Assembly (NCBI GenBank): GCA_964388715.1
Contig: CAYMBN010000001.1
Span: 12,962-76,961, forward strand
DNA: 64,000 bases
Direction of reading: 5' to 3'
DNA from: an uncultured Methanosarcinales archaeon
Lineage (GTDB): Archaea > Nanobdellota > Nanobdellia > Woesearchaeales > CAYMBN01
Below are positions 18,152 through 27,803 of this stretch, one piece after another. The notes under the pieces were generated by a model. It worked only from the letters and a program-made list of their open reading frames with translations. It did no database searches and was not told the origin of the DNA. The position numbers and the translations under genes are program-made. How positions within the stretch are numbered: position 1 is the stretch's first letter; every line of letters begins with the position of its first letter.

Positions 18152-18538
18152 TTATTGATATTTTATTAAGACTTGTTCTATTTTTTGCTCTAAAAGATGT
18201 CTATTATTAAAAACATCTTTTTTATTCATAAAATCATCAGCACCTGCATTAAACCATCTCTGATGAAAATTTTCACTTGACATGCCAATAATTCCAATTT
18301 CTTTTCCATATTCTGTTCCTTTAATATCTCTACAAATATTATCTCCAGAAACTCTAGGCATAAGTGTATCCATTAAAATCAAATGAGGCATATAACTTCT
18401 AGCAAGAGCTACAATATTTCTTCCATTATCTCTTGTTTTAATTCTAGAATAACCAAGATATTGTAAACTTTTAACAACCTTATTCAAATGTTTTTGTTCA
18501 TCATCCACTACTAATATTTTTATATCTTCTTTGTTCAT
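18152..18538 (-). CDS. single-domain response regulator (CheY-like receiver)
   Basis: Acidic pair VVDDE, phospho-acceptor LILMDTLMP, and the IGMSSE and MNKKD blocks. 128 aa with no output domain. Confidence 0.7.
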   Translation of the reverse strand: MNKEDIKILVVDDEQKHLNKVVKSLQYLGYSRIKTRDNGRNIVALARSYMPHLILMDTLMPRVSGDNICRDIKGTEYGKEIGIIGMSSENFHQRWFNAGADDFMNKKDVFNNRHLLEQKIEQVLIKYQ

Positions 18539-18939
18539 CTTGCATATTCTCTTAGAACTCTTTTAATGTCTTCTTCTAATTGATTTAAATCTCCTTTGTG
18601 TACACAAGCGTCTGCGTTGTCCCATTTGTACCTCATGGATATGTTTCTTCCCACAGTTAGTCCAATAATACCTATTTGGTCACCATATTGTTTTTGTCTT
18701 ATTTGTGAACATACTTGCGGTCCGTTTTCTCCTGGAAGTATTGTGTCAATAAGAATTAAATCTGGTAGTTCTTGTGATAAGTGGTATTGGTCTAATTTTT
18801 TTATTGCTTGTTCACCATCTTCAACATGTTCAAACTTAGTTGGACCAATAGCAGTGGTTATACATTGGAATAAGCTTTCTACGTATAATTCACTAGATCT
18901 ATTATCTACAAGCATTATTTTTGTATCTTTCATTTTCAT
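18535..18939 (-). CDS. single-domain response regulator (receiver) with a degenerate acidic pocket
   Basis: Receiver fold with LILIDTILPG and IGIIGLT, but MLVDNRS in place of the DD pair. It overlaps the downstream REC gene by 4 nt. Confidence 0.6.
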   Translation of the reverse strand: MKMKDTKIMLVDNRSSELYVESLFQCITTAIGPTKFEHVEDGEQAIKKLDQYHLSQELPDLILIDTILPGENGPQVCSQIRQKQYGDQIGIIGLTVGRNISMRYKWDNADACVHKGDLNQLEEDIKRVLREYAR

Positions 18940-18969
18940 AATCTATCTAGAACACCCTATGGTTGAGAA

Positions 18970-19329
18970 TTGAGGTTTCTTTTTAAATTTTTCCCAAAAT
19001 TTATAAGTAAAAACATTCTAAATTATGTTATGCAGGAAAATGTTAAAGGGTTAACACTCGCAGAGATTCTGAATTACAGTCCACATTTATTTGTTAATTG
19101 TATTGTTTTTTCTCCAAAAAGAGTTTATGCTATTGATGCTCAACAAGCAGTAATATTATCTTACCTCCTAAAACAACCAAGAGAACTTTCTGATGCAGAA
19201 AGGTTAATTATGCAAGGTTGTGATAAGGAACTATACAATTGTGGTAAACCAACACAAGAAGCAATTGATTCAACTTATGAACTCCTTTCAAGAGATTGTC
19301 TTCGTGCGAATATTGTTGATTTGTTTTAG
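18970..19329 (+). CDS. hypothetical protein (likely start 19030, MQENVKG)
   Basis: ORF of about 100-119 aa with no motif recognised. Confidence 0.35.
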   Translation: MRFLFKFFPKFISKNILNYVMQENVKGLTLAEILNYSPHLFVNCIVFSPKRVYAIDAQQAVILSYLLKQPRELSDAERLIMQGCDKELYNCGKPTQEAIDSTYELLSRDCLRANIVDLF

Positions 19330-19386
19330 ATAACTTCTATCTATCTTGAACCTAAAGAAAACTATATATAATATAACTGTTTTCTG

Positions 19387-19992
19387 TTGTTTATGGCAAA
19401 GAAAAACTTTTTATTGTTATCCTTAGAAGATGAGCAGGCAAAGAAGGTTGCTAACATTGTTAGTAATGATTCCTGTAGAAAGATTCTTGATTATCTTGCT
19501 GAGAATGAAGCTACTGAAAGTGAGTTGTCTAAAAAGTTGGGAATACCTATTTCTACTGTGCATTATAATTTGAAGCAATTAATGAAATCTGGTCTTGTTG
19601 ATGTTGAAGAGTTTCATTATAGTGAGAAAGGTAAAGAAGTTAATCATTATAAGCTTGCGAATAAGTATATTATCATTACTCCTAAAAAGGTTACTGGGAT
19701 TATGGGAAAGTTGAAAAATATCTTACCAATTGGTTTGATTACATTAGGAATGGCTGGTGTAATTCAGTTTTTGCCAAAGTTAATGCCTAAGTTTGGTGCT
19801 GTACAAGAAGCTGCTCCAATGTTAGCAAAGAGAGCTGTTGAAGAGGTTGAGTTTGATGTAATACCTGTTGCTGCAGAAGTTGTAAGGACTTCTTTTACAC
19901 AATATCCTGGATTATGGTTTTTGTTAGGAGCAGTGTTTGTTCTTATTGTTTATTTGATAATGTTTTGGTGGAAGAATAGAAAATTAAATTAA
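19387..19992 (+). CDS. membrane-anchored winged-helix (ArsR-like) transcriptional regulator
   Basis: N-terminal HTH region (ESELSKKLGIPISTVHYNLKQLMKSGLV) followed by two C-terminal TM helices. Confidence 0.55.
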   Translation: MFMAKKNFLLLSLEDEQAKKVANIVSNDSCRKILDYLAENEATESELSKKLGIPISTVHYNLKQLMKSGLVDVEEFHYSEKGKEVNHYKLANKYIIITPKKVTGIMGKLKNILPIGLITLGMAGVIQFLPKLMPKFGAVQEAAPMLAKRAVEEVEFDVIPVAAEVVRTSFTQYPGLWFLLGAVFVLIVYLIMFWWKNRKLN

Positions 19993-20496
19993 ATCTTTTA
20001 TTAATTTCATATCATTAACAATAGCATAAGCAAGATACTTCATGTTTTGGATGTCTTGAATCTTTGGTTTTCTTTGAGCTAGCTCAGAACAAAACATATT
20101 CATAACAGTACCACTTGAGATTAGGAAGATGGTTTCTGCTTGTTTAAGTGACTTGATTCCTTTTGTGAATCTTTCTTTTGCTTGGTTTAGTGATTCATTT
20201 CCTTGAACAACTTTGTTAAAGTTGTTCCAACCTAATTGTTCTTGTTCAAAATATTCCGAATCTGGTAAATTTAGTGATTGCAGATTCCATTCTTTAAGAA
20301 AATTTAGTATTTTGAAGTCTTTTGAGAATACTTTAGCAGTATCAATACATCTATTATAAGGACTTGAATAAACAATATCTGGTTTTGGTAGTTTATTTTT
20401 TAGTTCTTTGATAGGTTCGAGGTCTTCTACATATGATTCGTAGAAGTTATTGTCTTTTATTACAGGTTTTCCGTGTCTTATTATGTATATTTTCAT
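19984..20496 (-). CDS. histidine phosphatase (phosphoglycerate-mutase-like) family protein
   Basis: N-terminal IYIIRHGKP (RHG catalytic motif). 170 aa. Confidence 0.6.
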   Translation of the reverse strand: MKIYIIRHGKPVIKDNNFYESYVEDLEPIKELKNKLPKPDIVYSSPYNRCIDTAKVFSKDFKILNFLKEWNLQSLNLPDSEYFEQEQLGWNNFNKVVQGNESLNQAKERFTKGIKSLKQAETIFLISSGTVMNMFCSELAQRKPKIQDIQNMKYLAYAIVNDMKLIKDLI

Positions 20497-20597
20497 GAGA
20501 AGGATTAATTTGAGTTTATTTAAAAAATTAACTGTATAACTTCAACTCAGATAGAAGTATTCGATGGATATTTATATATGTTTGATCTACCTTATTA

Positions 20598-22652
20598 TTG
20601 GTGATTATTATGAAACAAATGATTGGAATGGTTATGTTGATTTTACTGGTAATAGCTTGTGCTCCAAAGGGGGTAATTACACCAGATGTTACAATAAAAG
20701 GTACAAATGAACTTAAAAAGATTGAAAATGTTGTACAGCTTAAGTCATTATTAGATAGTGTGCAAGCAGAATCTCTTTATGGTTATCGAGCAAGCTTTGC
20801 AAAGACAATGGTTGCAGAACCTGCCTTTGAGATGGAAGAAACAGCTGTTGCAATGGATGTTGCAGCAGGTGGTGCAACTGAATTTTCACAGACAAATATC
20901 CAAGAAGCAGAAGTTGATGAAGCTGACTTTATGAAAAATGATGATAAATACATATATACTTTGTCTGGAAACAAACTTGTTATTATTGAAGCGTTTCCTG
21001 CAGAAGATGCTTCTGTGTTATCTACTCTTAAAATAGATGGTCGTGCTCGAGATATGTTTATTAATGGTGATAAGTTAGTTGTTTTTGTTGAAAAAAGTGA
21101 TCAAGTGTTTGTAATTGGAGAATATGATTACGTTCCAAGGCAAAGATATGCACAAAAAACACATGCTTTAGTTTATGATGTTTCAGATCGGAAACAACCT
21201 GAACTTGTTAATGACTTTAATTTAAACGGAAACTATTTTCAAGCAAGAATGATTGGTGATTATGTATACTTTATTACAAAGGAGAATATATATTATTCAG
21301 GTGGTTTGATTGATATGCCTGTTGTTCGAAGTGAGAAAATTAGTGTTGAACCTGAAATCTATTACTTTGATTCGCCTGAAACAAATTATAATTTCCATAC
21401 AATAACTTCCTTTGATGTGAATGAAGGAGATCTTAATTCAAAAACATTTATGTTAGGTTATTCAAACAATCTTTATGTTTCAAAGAATAATATCTACATC
21501 ACGTATCAGAAGAACCTTCCCTACACAGATACAAGAAAAGATATGTTCTTTGAGGTTGTGGTACCACTACTTCCAATATCTGTAAATAAAGAAATGTCTT
21601 GGGAAGAAATATCTTCTAAATTAGAAGATATGTATAATAAGATGGAAGAAAATGCTAAGAAAGAGTTGCAGAAAAGAATTGCTGAAGCTGTTGAAGAATA
21701 TCAGTTAAAGTTAGAACAAGAAAGAAGAAAAACAATTGTGCATAGGATTGCGATTAACAATGGTGACATTGATTATGGTGCAAAAGGTGAAATAAACGGT
21801 TATTTACTTAATCAATTTTCAATGAGTGAGCATAATGATAAATTAAGAGTTGCAACAACTACATATATTTATCGTGGTGAAAATACTATGTACAACAATG
21901 TTTATGTTTTGGACATGGATATGGATGTTGTTGGATCTTTGGAGGATATTGCACCTGATGAAAGGATTTATTCCACTCGTTTCATGGGGAATAGATTGTA
22001 TATGGTAACATTCAAGAGAGTTGATCCATTGTTTGTGATTGATCTTGACTCGTTAAAGATACTTGGAGAGTTAAAAATCCCTGGATTTAGTGATTATTTA
22101 CACCCATATGATGAGAATCATATCATTGGAATTGGAAAAGAGACTGAATCAAATGAATGGGGCGGAGTTTCAATGAAAGGAGTAAAACTGTCATTATTTG
22201 ATGTCAGTGATGTTTCAAATCCTAAACAGGTTGATAAGTATGAGATTGGTGCTCGTGGAAGTGATTCAGAAGCTTTACACGAACACAAAGCGTTTTTGTT
22301 TGATCTTAAGAAGAATTTACTTGTGATTCCTGTAAGAGAAGTTAATGCTGAGCGGTATTATAATGAAAAACTAGGTTATTATACCCAAGATGTCTGGCAA
22401 GGAGCTTATGTTTTCAATCTGGATGAAGAAGGATTTACTGTGAAGGGTAAAGTTTCTCATAGTGATGGTGAAGAAAGATATAGTTATTGGGGATCACCAA
22501 ATGCAGTTCGAAGAAGTTTGTACATGGATGATGTCCTTTACACAGTATCTTCAGGAAAGATAAAGGCAAATGATTTGGAAAGTATGGAAGAGATTACTGA
22601 AGTGGAATTGCCTTATGAAGAGAATAACGGGAGAGAAATAATTGTTTATTAA
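20598..22652 (+). CDS. secreted lipoprotein, possibly of the archaeal beta-propeller-domain family
   Basis: Signal peptide with lipobox (LLVIAC). 684 aa with repeated aromatic-rich beta-strand-like segments. The family assignment is tentative. Confidence 0.5.
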   Translation: MVIIMKQMIGMVMLILLVIACAPKGVITPDVTIKGTNELKKIENVVQLKSLLDSVQAESLYGYRASFAKTMVAEPAFEMEETAVAMDVAAGGATEFSQTNIQEAEVDEADFMKNDDKYIYTLSGNKLVIIEAFPAEDASVLSTLKIDGRARDMFINGDKLVVFVEKSDQVFVIGEYDYVPRQRYAQKTHALVYDVSDRKQPELVNDFNLNGNYFQARMIGDYVYFITKENIYYSGGLIDMPVVRSEKISVEPEIYYFDSPETNYNFHTITSFDVNEGDLNSKTFMLGYSNNLYVSKNNIYITYQKNLPYTDTRKDMFFEVVVPLLPISVNKEMSWEEISSKLEDMYNKMEENAKKELQKRIAEAVEEYQLKLEQERRKTIVHRIAINNGDIDYGAKGEINGYLLNQFSMSEHNDKLRVATTTYIYRGENTMYNNVYVLDMDMDVVGSLEDIAPDERIYSTRFMGNRLYMVTFKRVDPLFVIDLDSLKILGELKIPGFSDYLHPYDENHIIGIGKETESNEWGGVSMKGVKLSLFDVSDVSNPKQVDKYEIGARGSDSEALHEHKAFLFDLKKNLLVIPVREVNAERYYNEKLGYYTQDVWQGAYVFNLDEEGFTVKGKVSHSDGEERYSYWGSPNAVRRSLYMDDVLYTVSSGKIKANDLESMEEITEVELPYEENNGREIIVY

Positions 22653-22669
22653 TTTTTTTTATTTTTTTA
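22653..22669. terminator. bidirectional oligo-T tract between convergent genes
   Basis: TTTTTTTTATTTTTTTA between 20598..22652(+) and 22667..23371(-). Confidence 0.4.
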
Positions 22670-23371
22670 TCTATAACTTTCTCTCAAAGGATTAGGTTGG
22701 TTCCATTCTTGGTATCTTTTTACTAGTGATGGAGAAATATTGTTAGCTAATCCTTTTGAAACTATCTTTCTGTACCATTTGTCATTTTTTTCAAAGCTTG
22801 CTTCTAATGTAGGTTTAAAATGTTTTATTACGAGTCCAGAAGAAATAACTCTGTTGTTATAAAAGAATCTTTCTTTACAATAATATAATAATTCACTATA
22901 ATTTTCAAAAGTATTCCTATATCTTACTTTTTTAGAATTAATAAAGTATCTTGGATTATGTGTGCCTGGTGAATCCCATCGGAACTTCACATGATCATTA
23001 GCATAAATGTTTCTGAACAAAAAATTGTAACCCAATATATCTTCAAATTGTTTATTTTGTAATGTTAAGAAATCTTCTTTTGTTAATCTTTCATCTGCAT
23101 CTAGTATTAAGACTTTTTTGGTTTTTACATTGTCTAAGGCAAAGTTTCTTGAAGATGCAAAGTCATCAAACTGTCTGTCTAGGATGGCAAGATTAGGGTA
23201 TTTTAATTGAAGATGTTCAAGAACTTCTCTTGTGCCATCAATAGAACCAGTATCAACAATAACAGCTTGTTCTACAAATGGAACAGTTGAATCTATGAAA
23301 TCAATGATTCCTCCTGCTGGATTGATCATTTCGTCGCGAACTATTGTGCATAAGGTTGTATCTAATAGCAT
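22667..23371 (-). CDS. glycosyltransferase family 2
   Basis: VIVDTGSIDGT (nucleotide-binding DxGSxDxT) and ILDADE (DxD). 234 aa. Confidence 0.75.
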   Translation of the reverse strand: MLLDTTLCTIVRDEMINPAGGIIDFIDSTVPFVEQAVIVDTGSIDGTREVLEHLQLKYPNLAILDRQFDDFASSRNFALDNVKTKKVLILDADERLTKEDFLTLQNKQFEDILGYNFLFRNIYANDHVKFRWDSPGTHNPRYFINSKKVRYRNTFENYSELLYYCKERFFYNNRVISSGLVIKHFKPTLEASFEKNDKWYRKIVSKGLANNISPSLVKRYQEWNQPNPLRESYR

Positions 23372-23464
23372 TTTATAAGAGAATTAGGGATGGGTTTTTA
23401 AAGGTTTAGTTGATTCCCCAACAATACCATAACCAAAAATACTTTTTAAATCTTTTCCTTCTTA

Positions 23465-23620
23465 TCATTTCAATAACTTATACTTTGAAGTAGCTATAAG
23501 TGCCAGGCCCACTATTAAAATTACAGTATGACTTGGATGAAAAGTTCCAAAGAATGTCCAAGCAGCTGACCCAAGTGCCAATGCCAATCCAATATAAAAT
23601 TGTATTATGTCCTTTTTCAT
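23465..23620 (-). CDS. possible small membrane protein (51 aa)
   Basis: Unlisted ORF MKKDIIQFYIGLALALGSAAWTFFGTFHPSHTVILIVGLALIATSKYKLLK. It is preceded by an SD-like GAGGTGG 7 nt upstream and has two hydrophobic segments. Confidence 0.35.
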   Translation of the reverse strand: MKKDIIQFYIGLALALGSAAWTFFGTFHPSHTVILIVGLALIATSKYKLLK

Positions 23621-23664
23621 TTAATCCACCTCTTTGATATGTAACTAAAAATGATATTTAAACT

Positions 23665-24060
23665 TTACCCTCTGATACATCCGTGAGGGATGTGTACGTG
23701 GACATCTTTATTTCTGAAAGTGTATTCGCTGTGATTAGAATTAGCAATGTTGAATGTTCTTAAGTCACGCTCTCTTCTTAATACGTCATCTGATACTCCA
23801 TTTCTTGTTCTTAAATTATAATTTCCATCAGGTAATCTTATTGTGATATGTACTCTACGTTCATCATATTCAGTGTCTCTGCTAACTTCAAGGACTACTG
23901 GAAATGCTTTACCTTTCTGTTGATCTAGATTAAGATATTGTGCATTCCTAAGCGCCCATTGAATATCTCCTTTTCGGCCATTAGTTTGAATTACATCAAC
24001 TAAAGTTCCTTCTGGGAAAACTATGTTAGAATCCTCTGGTAATTGATAATTTCCTGTCAT
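23665..24060 (-). CDS. hypothetical protein (131 aa)
   Basis: ORF only. Confidence 0.45.
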   Translation of the reverse strand: MTGNYQLPEDSNIVFPEGTLVDVIQTNGRKGDIQWALRNAQYLNLDQQKGKAFPVVLEVSRDTEYDERRVHITIRLPDGNYNLRTRNGVSDDVLRRERDLRTFNIANSNHSEYTFRNKDVHVHIPHGCIRG

Positions 24061-24083
24061 TTAGGAGAATAATTAAGTTTTAT

Positions 24084-24533
24084 TTATAAATTTTTTTCAA
24101 ATAGAACATCCTGAGGTGGATTTGAGAAATAAACTCTAACATTGAATTCAGGGTCCATAAGTTCAATCATTTCAAAGTTTTCTCTTGTGATTAGCTTTAA
24201 ATCACTGTGTTTTTTCTTGAAATCTTGGTAATTAGAAACAGTAAAGTCAGCATCACCTCTTTCTGATCTTGTTGGATCATGAATACGGATTTTTAGTAAT
24301 TGTAATTTTCCTGAATCTGTTTCTATTTGTACTTTGAACAAAGGTCCTGTTGGTGTTTGTTTTATTATTGTTCCAATCTTGTTTGCAGCTTCAAGTAATT
24401 CTTCATATTCTTGTTTGTTTTGAGAAAAAATGCAAGCATAGTTAACTAAAGCGTTTTTTTCATCAGTATGTTTGTCTTTCAGAATGCATGCTTGTTTTAC
24501 AATGTTTTTGATGAGTGTTTTTATGTCTTGCAT
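24084..24533 (-). CDS. hypothetical protein (149 aa)
   Basis: ORF only. Confidence 0.45.
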   Translation of the reverse strand: MQDIKTLIKNIVKQACILKDKHTDEKNALVNYACIFSQNKQEYEELLEAANKIGTIIKQTPTGPLFKVQIETDSGKLQLLKIRIHDPTRSERGDADFTVSNYQDFKKKHSDLKLITRENFEMIELMDPEFNVRVYFSNPPQDVLFEKNL

Positions 24534-24535
24534 AG

Positions 24536-25027
24536 TTATTTTTTTATCTTTCTTAATAAGTTCTGTGGTTCTGTAGTGTCTTCGATTCCTAAGAAAGTTA
24601 TCTCTGGTCTTCCACGCATTCCTGCTGTTTGAATGCCTAAGTTAGAAACATGGAACATTCTCTCAAAGATATTTTGATGTATTGTGGTGTCTGTTATCTT
24701 ATTGAAATCAATACTTCTTTGTCTTCTTGAGATAATGCCTGCCTCTGCATAGACTCTTTTGTTTGTTATAATATATTTGTGTGATTTGATTAAAAAGATT
24801 GTGTAAATGAATTTTAGGACTAAGATGAGGATAAGAGCAATTACATAATAAATTAATCCTGGAACACTTTTTTTAAGAAGAAGACTAAAAAACAAAGGAA
24901 ACCATCCAAAAACAAGTAAAATTAAAAATCCAAAACCTAGAACTTTTGTTAAAAACCAATATCCTAGCATGCCTGAACCAGGTGATTTCTCATAAAGAAT
25001 CTTTTCATTTGGTTGTAAGTTGATCAT
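24536..25027 (-). CDS. membrane protein with a bacterial PH-like (bPH_2/YdbT-like) domain
   Basis: Two TM helices followed by the YIITNKRVYAE...SIDFNKITD block typical of the bPH_2 (DUF304) family. Confidence 0.5.
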   Translation of the reverse strand: MINLQPNEKILYEKSPGSGMLGYWFLTKVLGFGFLILLVFGWFPLFFSLLLKKSVPGLIYYVIALILILVLKFIYTIFLIKSHKYIITNKRVYAEAGIISRRQRSIDFNKITDTTIHQNIFERMFHVSNLGIQTAGMRGRPEITFLGIEDTTEPQNLLRKIKK

Positions 25028-25062
25028 GTTAAGAGGTATTTTTTTGGTGTTTATAAAAGTTA

Positions 25063-25509
25063 CTAAACATAACGATCAATTATGGACGTACAAAGATTAG
25101 CCGGCATTTTTTTGAACTCATTATCTTTAAGTCCTTTTAGCATCTTTTCTTTTAATACTTTACCAAAAGCAACCATGTCATTGTTGCATTCGATTCCATA
25201 ATCTCCTGCAATTTCTTTAGCATATGATTCCTTTATACCTAGTAGATGAATTCCATCCTCTGCGTATCCAGATGCAAGTCTAACTTTTCTTGTGTTCTCA
25301 ACTAATTCTACTAAATCATCAAATTTAACAAATTTGACATCATTAATTCTTATGCACTCCCATCTACCAATGTCAGAGGCTTTAACTACTCCAATATATT
25401 TTATAGGTGAATCCTCAATTATAATTGGATGACTATTTTTTAATAATGAGCCATCTTGACTTATTGAATATTCACTTCCGGTCCTGGTGATGTATTTAAT
25501 TTTTGACAT
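25063..25509 (-). CDS. hypothetical protein (148 aa)
   Basis: ORF only. Confidence 0.45.
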   Translation of the reverse strand: MSKIKYITRTGSEYSISQDGSLLKNSHPIIIEDSPIKYIGVVKASDIGRWECIRINDVKFVKFDDLVELVENTRKVRLASGYAEDGIHLLGIKESYAKEIAGDYGIECNNDMVAFGKVLKEKMLKGLKDNEFKKMPANLCTSIIDRYV

Positions 25510-25571
25510 GTTAATAACCTCCTAAAGAACCTCTTTTACACACTAGAATCGTGTGTTATTTTTAAATATTG

Positions 25572-26105
25572 CTACTTTTTCCATTCAATGAATCCAAGGT
25601 GATGAAGTGCCATGTATGCTAGTTCTAGGTCTGTTAATAGTCCTTTTCTGACTTGTTCAAGAAATTCGTTTAATGGTTTTTCAATGACTTCAATGAATTC
25701 ATTTTCATCGTGTTTTGGTTCGCATACTTTTTTGCAGTTTTTTGCGATAAAACAATGTCTAAATAGATTTCTGTAAGCACAGTCAACACATTTTCCTATG
25801 TATTCCATTTCACCTTGATAACCTGTTTCTTCAAGTAATTCTCTTTTTGCAGATTCAAGTGGTGTTTCGTCTTTGTCAAACTGGCCAGCAGGCATTTCAT
25901 CATAGAATTTTTCAGTGCCTGGTCTGAATTGTCTTACTAGGATGACTTTATTATCTTTTGTTAATGCAAGAATTCCGTTTGCATCATTAGTTGTGACAAT
26001 ATCAAAGTCTGCTTTTTTTCCATTAGGCATTATGAATGTTTTTCTAACTATCTTTCTATAACCATCATATACTAGTTTTTCATCAACTTTGTTCCATGGT
26101 TTCAT
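25572..26105 (-). CDS. NUDIX hydrolase
   Basis: Nudix box GQFDKDETPLESAKRELLEETGY (Gx5Ex7REUxEExGU). 177 aa with a Cys-rich C-terminus. Confidence 0.8.
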   Translation of the reverse strand: MKPWNKVDEKLVYDGYRKIVRKTFIMPNGKKADFDIVTTNDANGILALTKDNKVILVRQFRPGTEKFYDEMPAGQFDKDETPLESAKRELLEETGYQGEMEYIGKCVDCAYRNLFRHCFIAKNCKKVCEPKHDENEFIEVIEKPLNEFLEQVRKGLLTDLELAYMALHHLGFIEWKK

Positions 26106-26171
26106 ATATAGAGGAGAATGAGTGTGTTTTTTTAAATGTTTCCTAATTATGTATTTGAAAAAATAAAAAAA

Positions 26172-26720
26172 TTATCTTTCTGCTTTCATTTGTTTACTTT
26201 CATTAGCTGCTGCAAAAAGTCCTGTATAACCTGTCCTGAAAAGAAGATTGTCATAAACTTCTAAACCCTTACCAGGTTGTACCATTACATGTGGACTAAA
26301 TTCTCCTAGAATAAGAGGTAATTGAAGCCATTCATAACTTGAAAGTCTGTTAGCTTCTTTATGAAATGCATGACCTTCTTGTATGTATCTTTCAGCTGCA
26401 ATTTCTAATCCAGAATCAGTTATTATTTCTCCAATTTCTTCACCAGCATATATAGGAAGTGTTAATAAACCAATTGCAACTAATTCACCTAACCTATGCA
26501 TTTCCATTAATTCAGGATTTTGAGCAACTTTTTGACTATATCCTTGTGTTCCTACTAAAGTGTTTACTTGTGCTTCAAAAAATCTTTGATATGCCTCGGA
26601 ATCAGGAACATGTTGTTCTCTTAATTTTTCTAGAAATTCTCGTGTTATTTCTCCTTTATTCAAGGATTGTGAGAAGTAATGTTTTTTTATTGCTCTAAGC
26701 AGTGTTATATTTTTTTCCAT
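26172..26720 (-). CDS. hypothetical protein (182 aa)
   Basis: ORF only. Confidence 0.45.
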   Translation of the reverse strand: MEKNITLLRAIKKHYFSQSLNKGEITREFLEKLREQHVPDSEAYQRFFEAQVNTLVGTQGYSQKVAQNPELMEMHRLGELVAIGLLTLPIYAGEEIGEIITDSGLEIAAERYIQEGHAFHKEANRLSSYEWLQLPLILGEFSPHVMVQPGKGLEVYDNLLFRTGYTGLFAAANESKQMKAER

Positions 26721-26759
26721 TTTATTAAGTGATTATTTAATTTATTTATAAATTTTTAT

Positions 26760-27740
26760 TTACTTGAGTCTGTAAGTGATAGTTTCAACTCCATTGACTG
26801 TTTTTGTTTCTTTGTTAAAGAGATCTCTATAATCACCATGGCTTTGTCCTGATTTTGGATCAGGTCCTTTGCCAGATGCTTTTGCAAGACCACCAACTGC
26901 ATTTATGAAAGCATCATACTCTTCCTGTACTTTTCCAGGTATTTCTTCAGTAGGAGTACTTTGTGGTACTATGACTATAGGAGGGAATACACTTGGTGAA
27001 GCATTTTTTAACTCTTCACTTGCGTTTTCTTCCCAGACTCCATAAACATCTTCTTCTTCGTTATAGAAATCAACATTGGTTTCAGATAGATTTTCGTCAT
27101 TTCCAAAGTCATATGGGGCAACTTTTTTTTGATATACACCATCTATTATATTAGTTAAACTAATATCAACATTAACTCCATCTATTATAACATAAGTTTT
27201 TACACCATCAACAAATGCTTTTGTTTTCTTTAATGATTCAGCATTTTCTGGAGTGATTGGTATTCTAACATATCTTTGAGTGTTTGCTGGGATGTGTGTT
27301 CCATCATAATTCCATCCCATGTTACCAGTTGTGACAGGGAAACAAATACTGTCAGCTGTAACAACAACATTTTTAGGAGTATAAGGTTGGTCTGTAGAAG
27401 GATCACCACCTAAAATATAATCAATTGCTTTTCGAGTGTTGCTAACAGGAGGAAAGAATACTTTATATTTGTTTAATTCAGTTGAATCAATTTCTACAGA
27501 ATCTGGAAAATTTTGTTCAATTGGTAATGAATCTGCTTGTCTTGATTCTGCATCTGATTTGTAAGTTTCATTGAAAACCGTTCCTTGAACTTGTTGAGTT
27601 GTTCCGGTGCCACTACCTCCTCCGCCACCGCCTCCACCACAGCCCATGGCTAAAGGCATGAAAATTAAAAGTCCTCCTACAATAATTACTCTAACAGCTA
27701 CTCCAATAGATGATTTTCTTGTTATATTTTCTAGACTCAT
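26760..27740 (-). CDS. secreted lipoprotein with a poly-Gly linker; last gene of the giant-protein locus
   Basis: N-terminal TM/signal with lipobox LAMGC followed by GGGGGGGGSGTGT. 326 aa. It lies 63 nt downstream of the giant gene. Confidence 0.55.
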   Translation of the reverse strand: MSLENITRKSSIGVAVRVIIVGGLLIFMPLAMGCGGGGGGGGSGTGTTQQVQGTVFNETYKSDAESRQADSLPIEQNFPDSVEIDSTELNKYKVFFPPVSNTRKAIDYILGGDPSTDQPYTPKNVVVTADSICFPVTTGNMGWNYDGTHIPANTQRYVRIPITPENAESLKKTKAFVDGVKTYVIIDGVNVDISLTNIIDGVYQKKVAPYDFGNDENLSETNVDFYNEEEDVYGVWEENASEELKNASPSVFPPIVIVPQSTPTEEIPGKVQEEYDAFINAVGGLAKASGKGPDPKSGQSHGDYRDLFNKETKTVNGVETITYRLK

Positions 27741-27803
27741 TATTTACCCCTCATTGTTTGTTTTCTTATTTCTATATTTAAATCTTTTGTTTTTTCACCA
27801 CTT

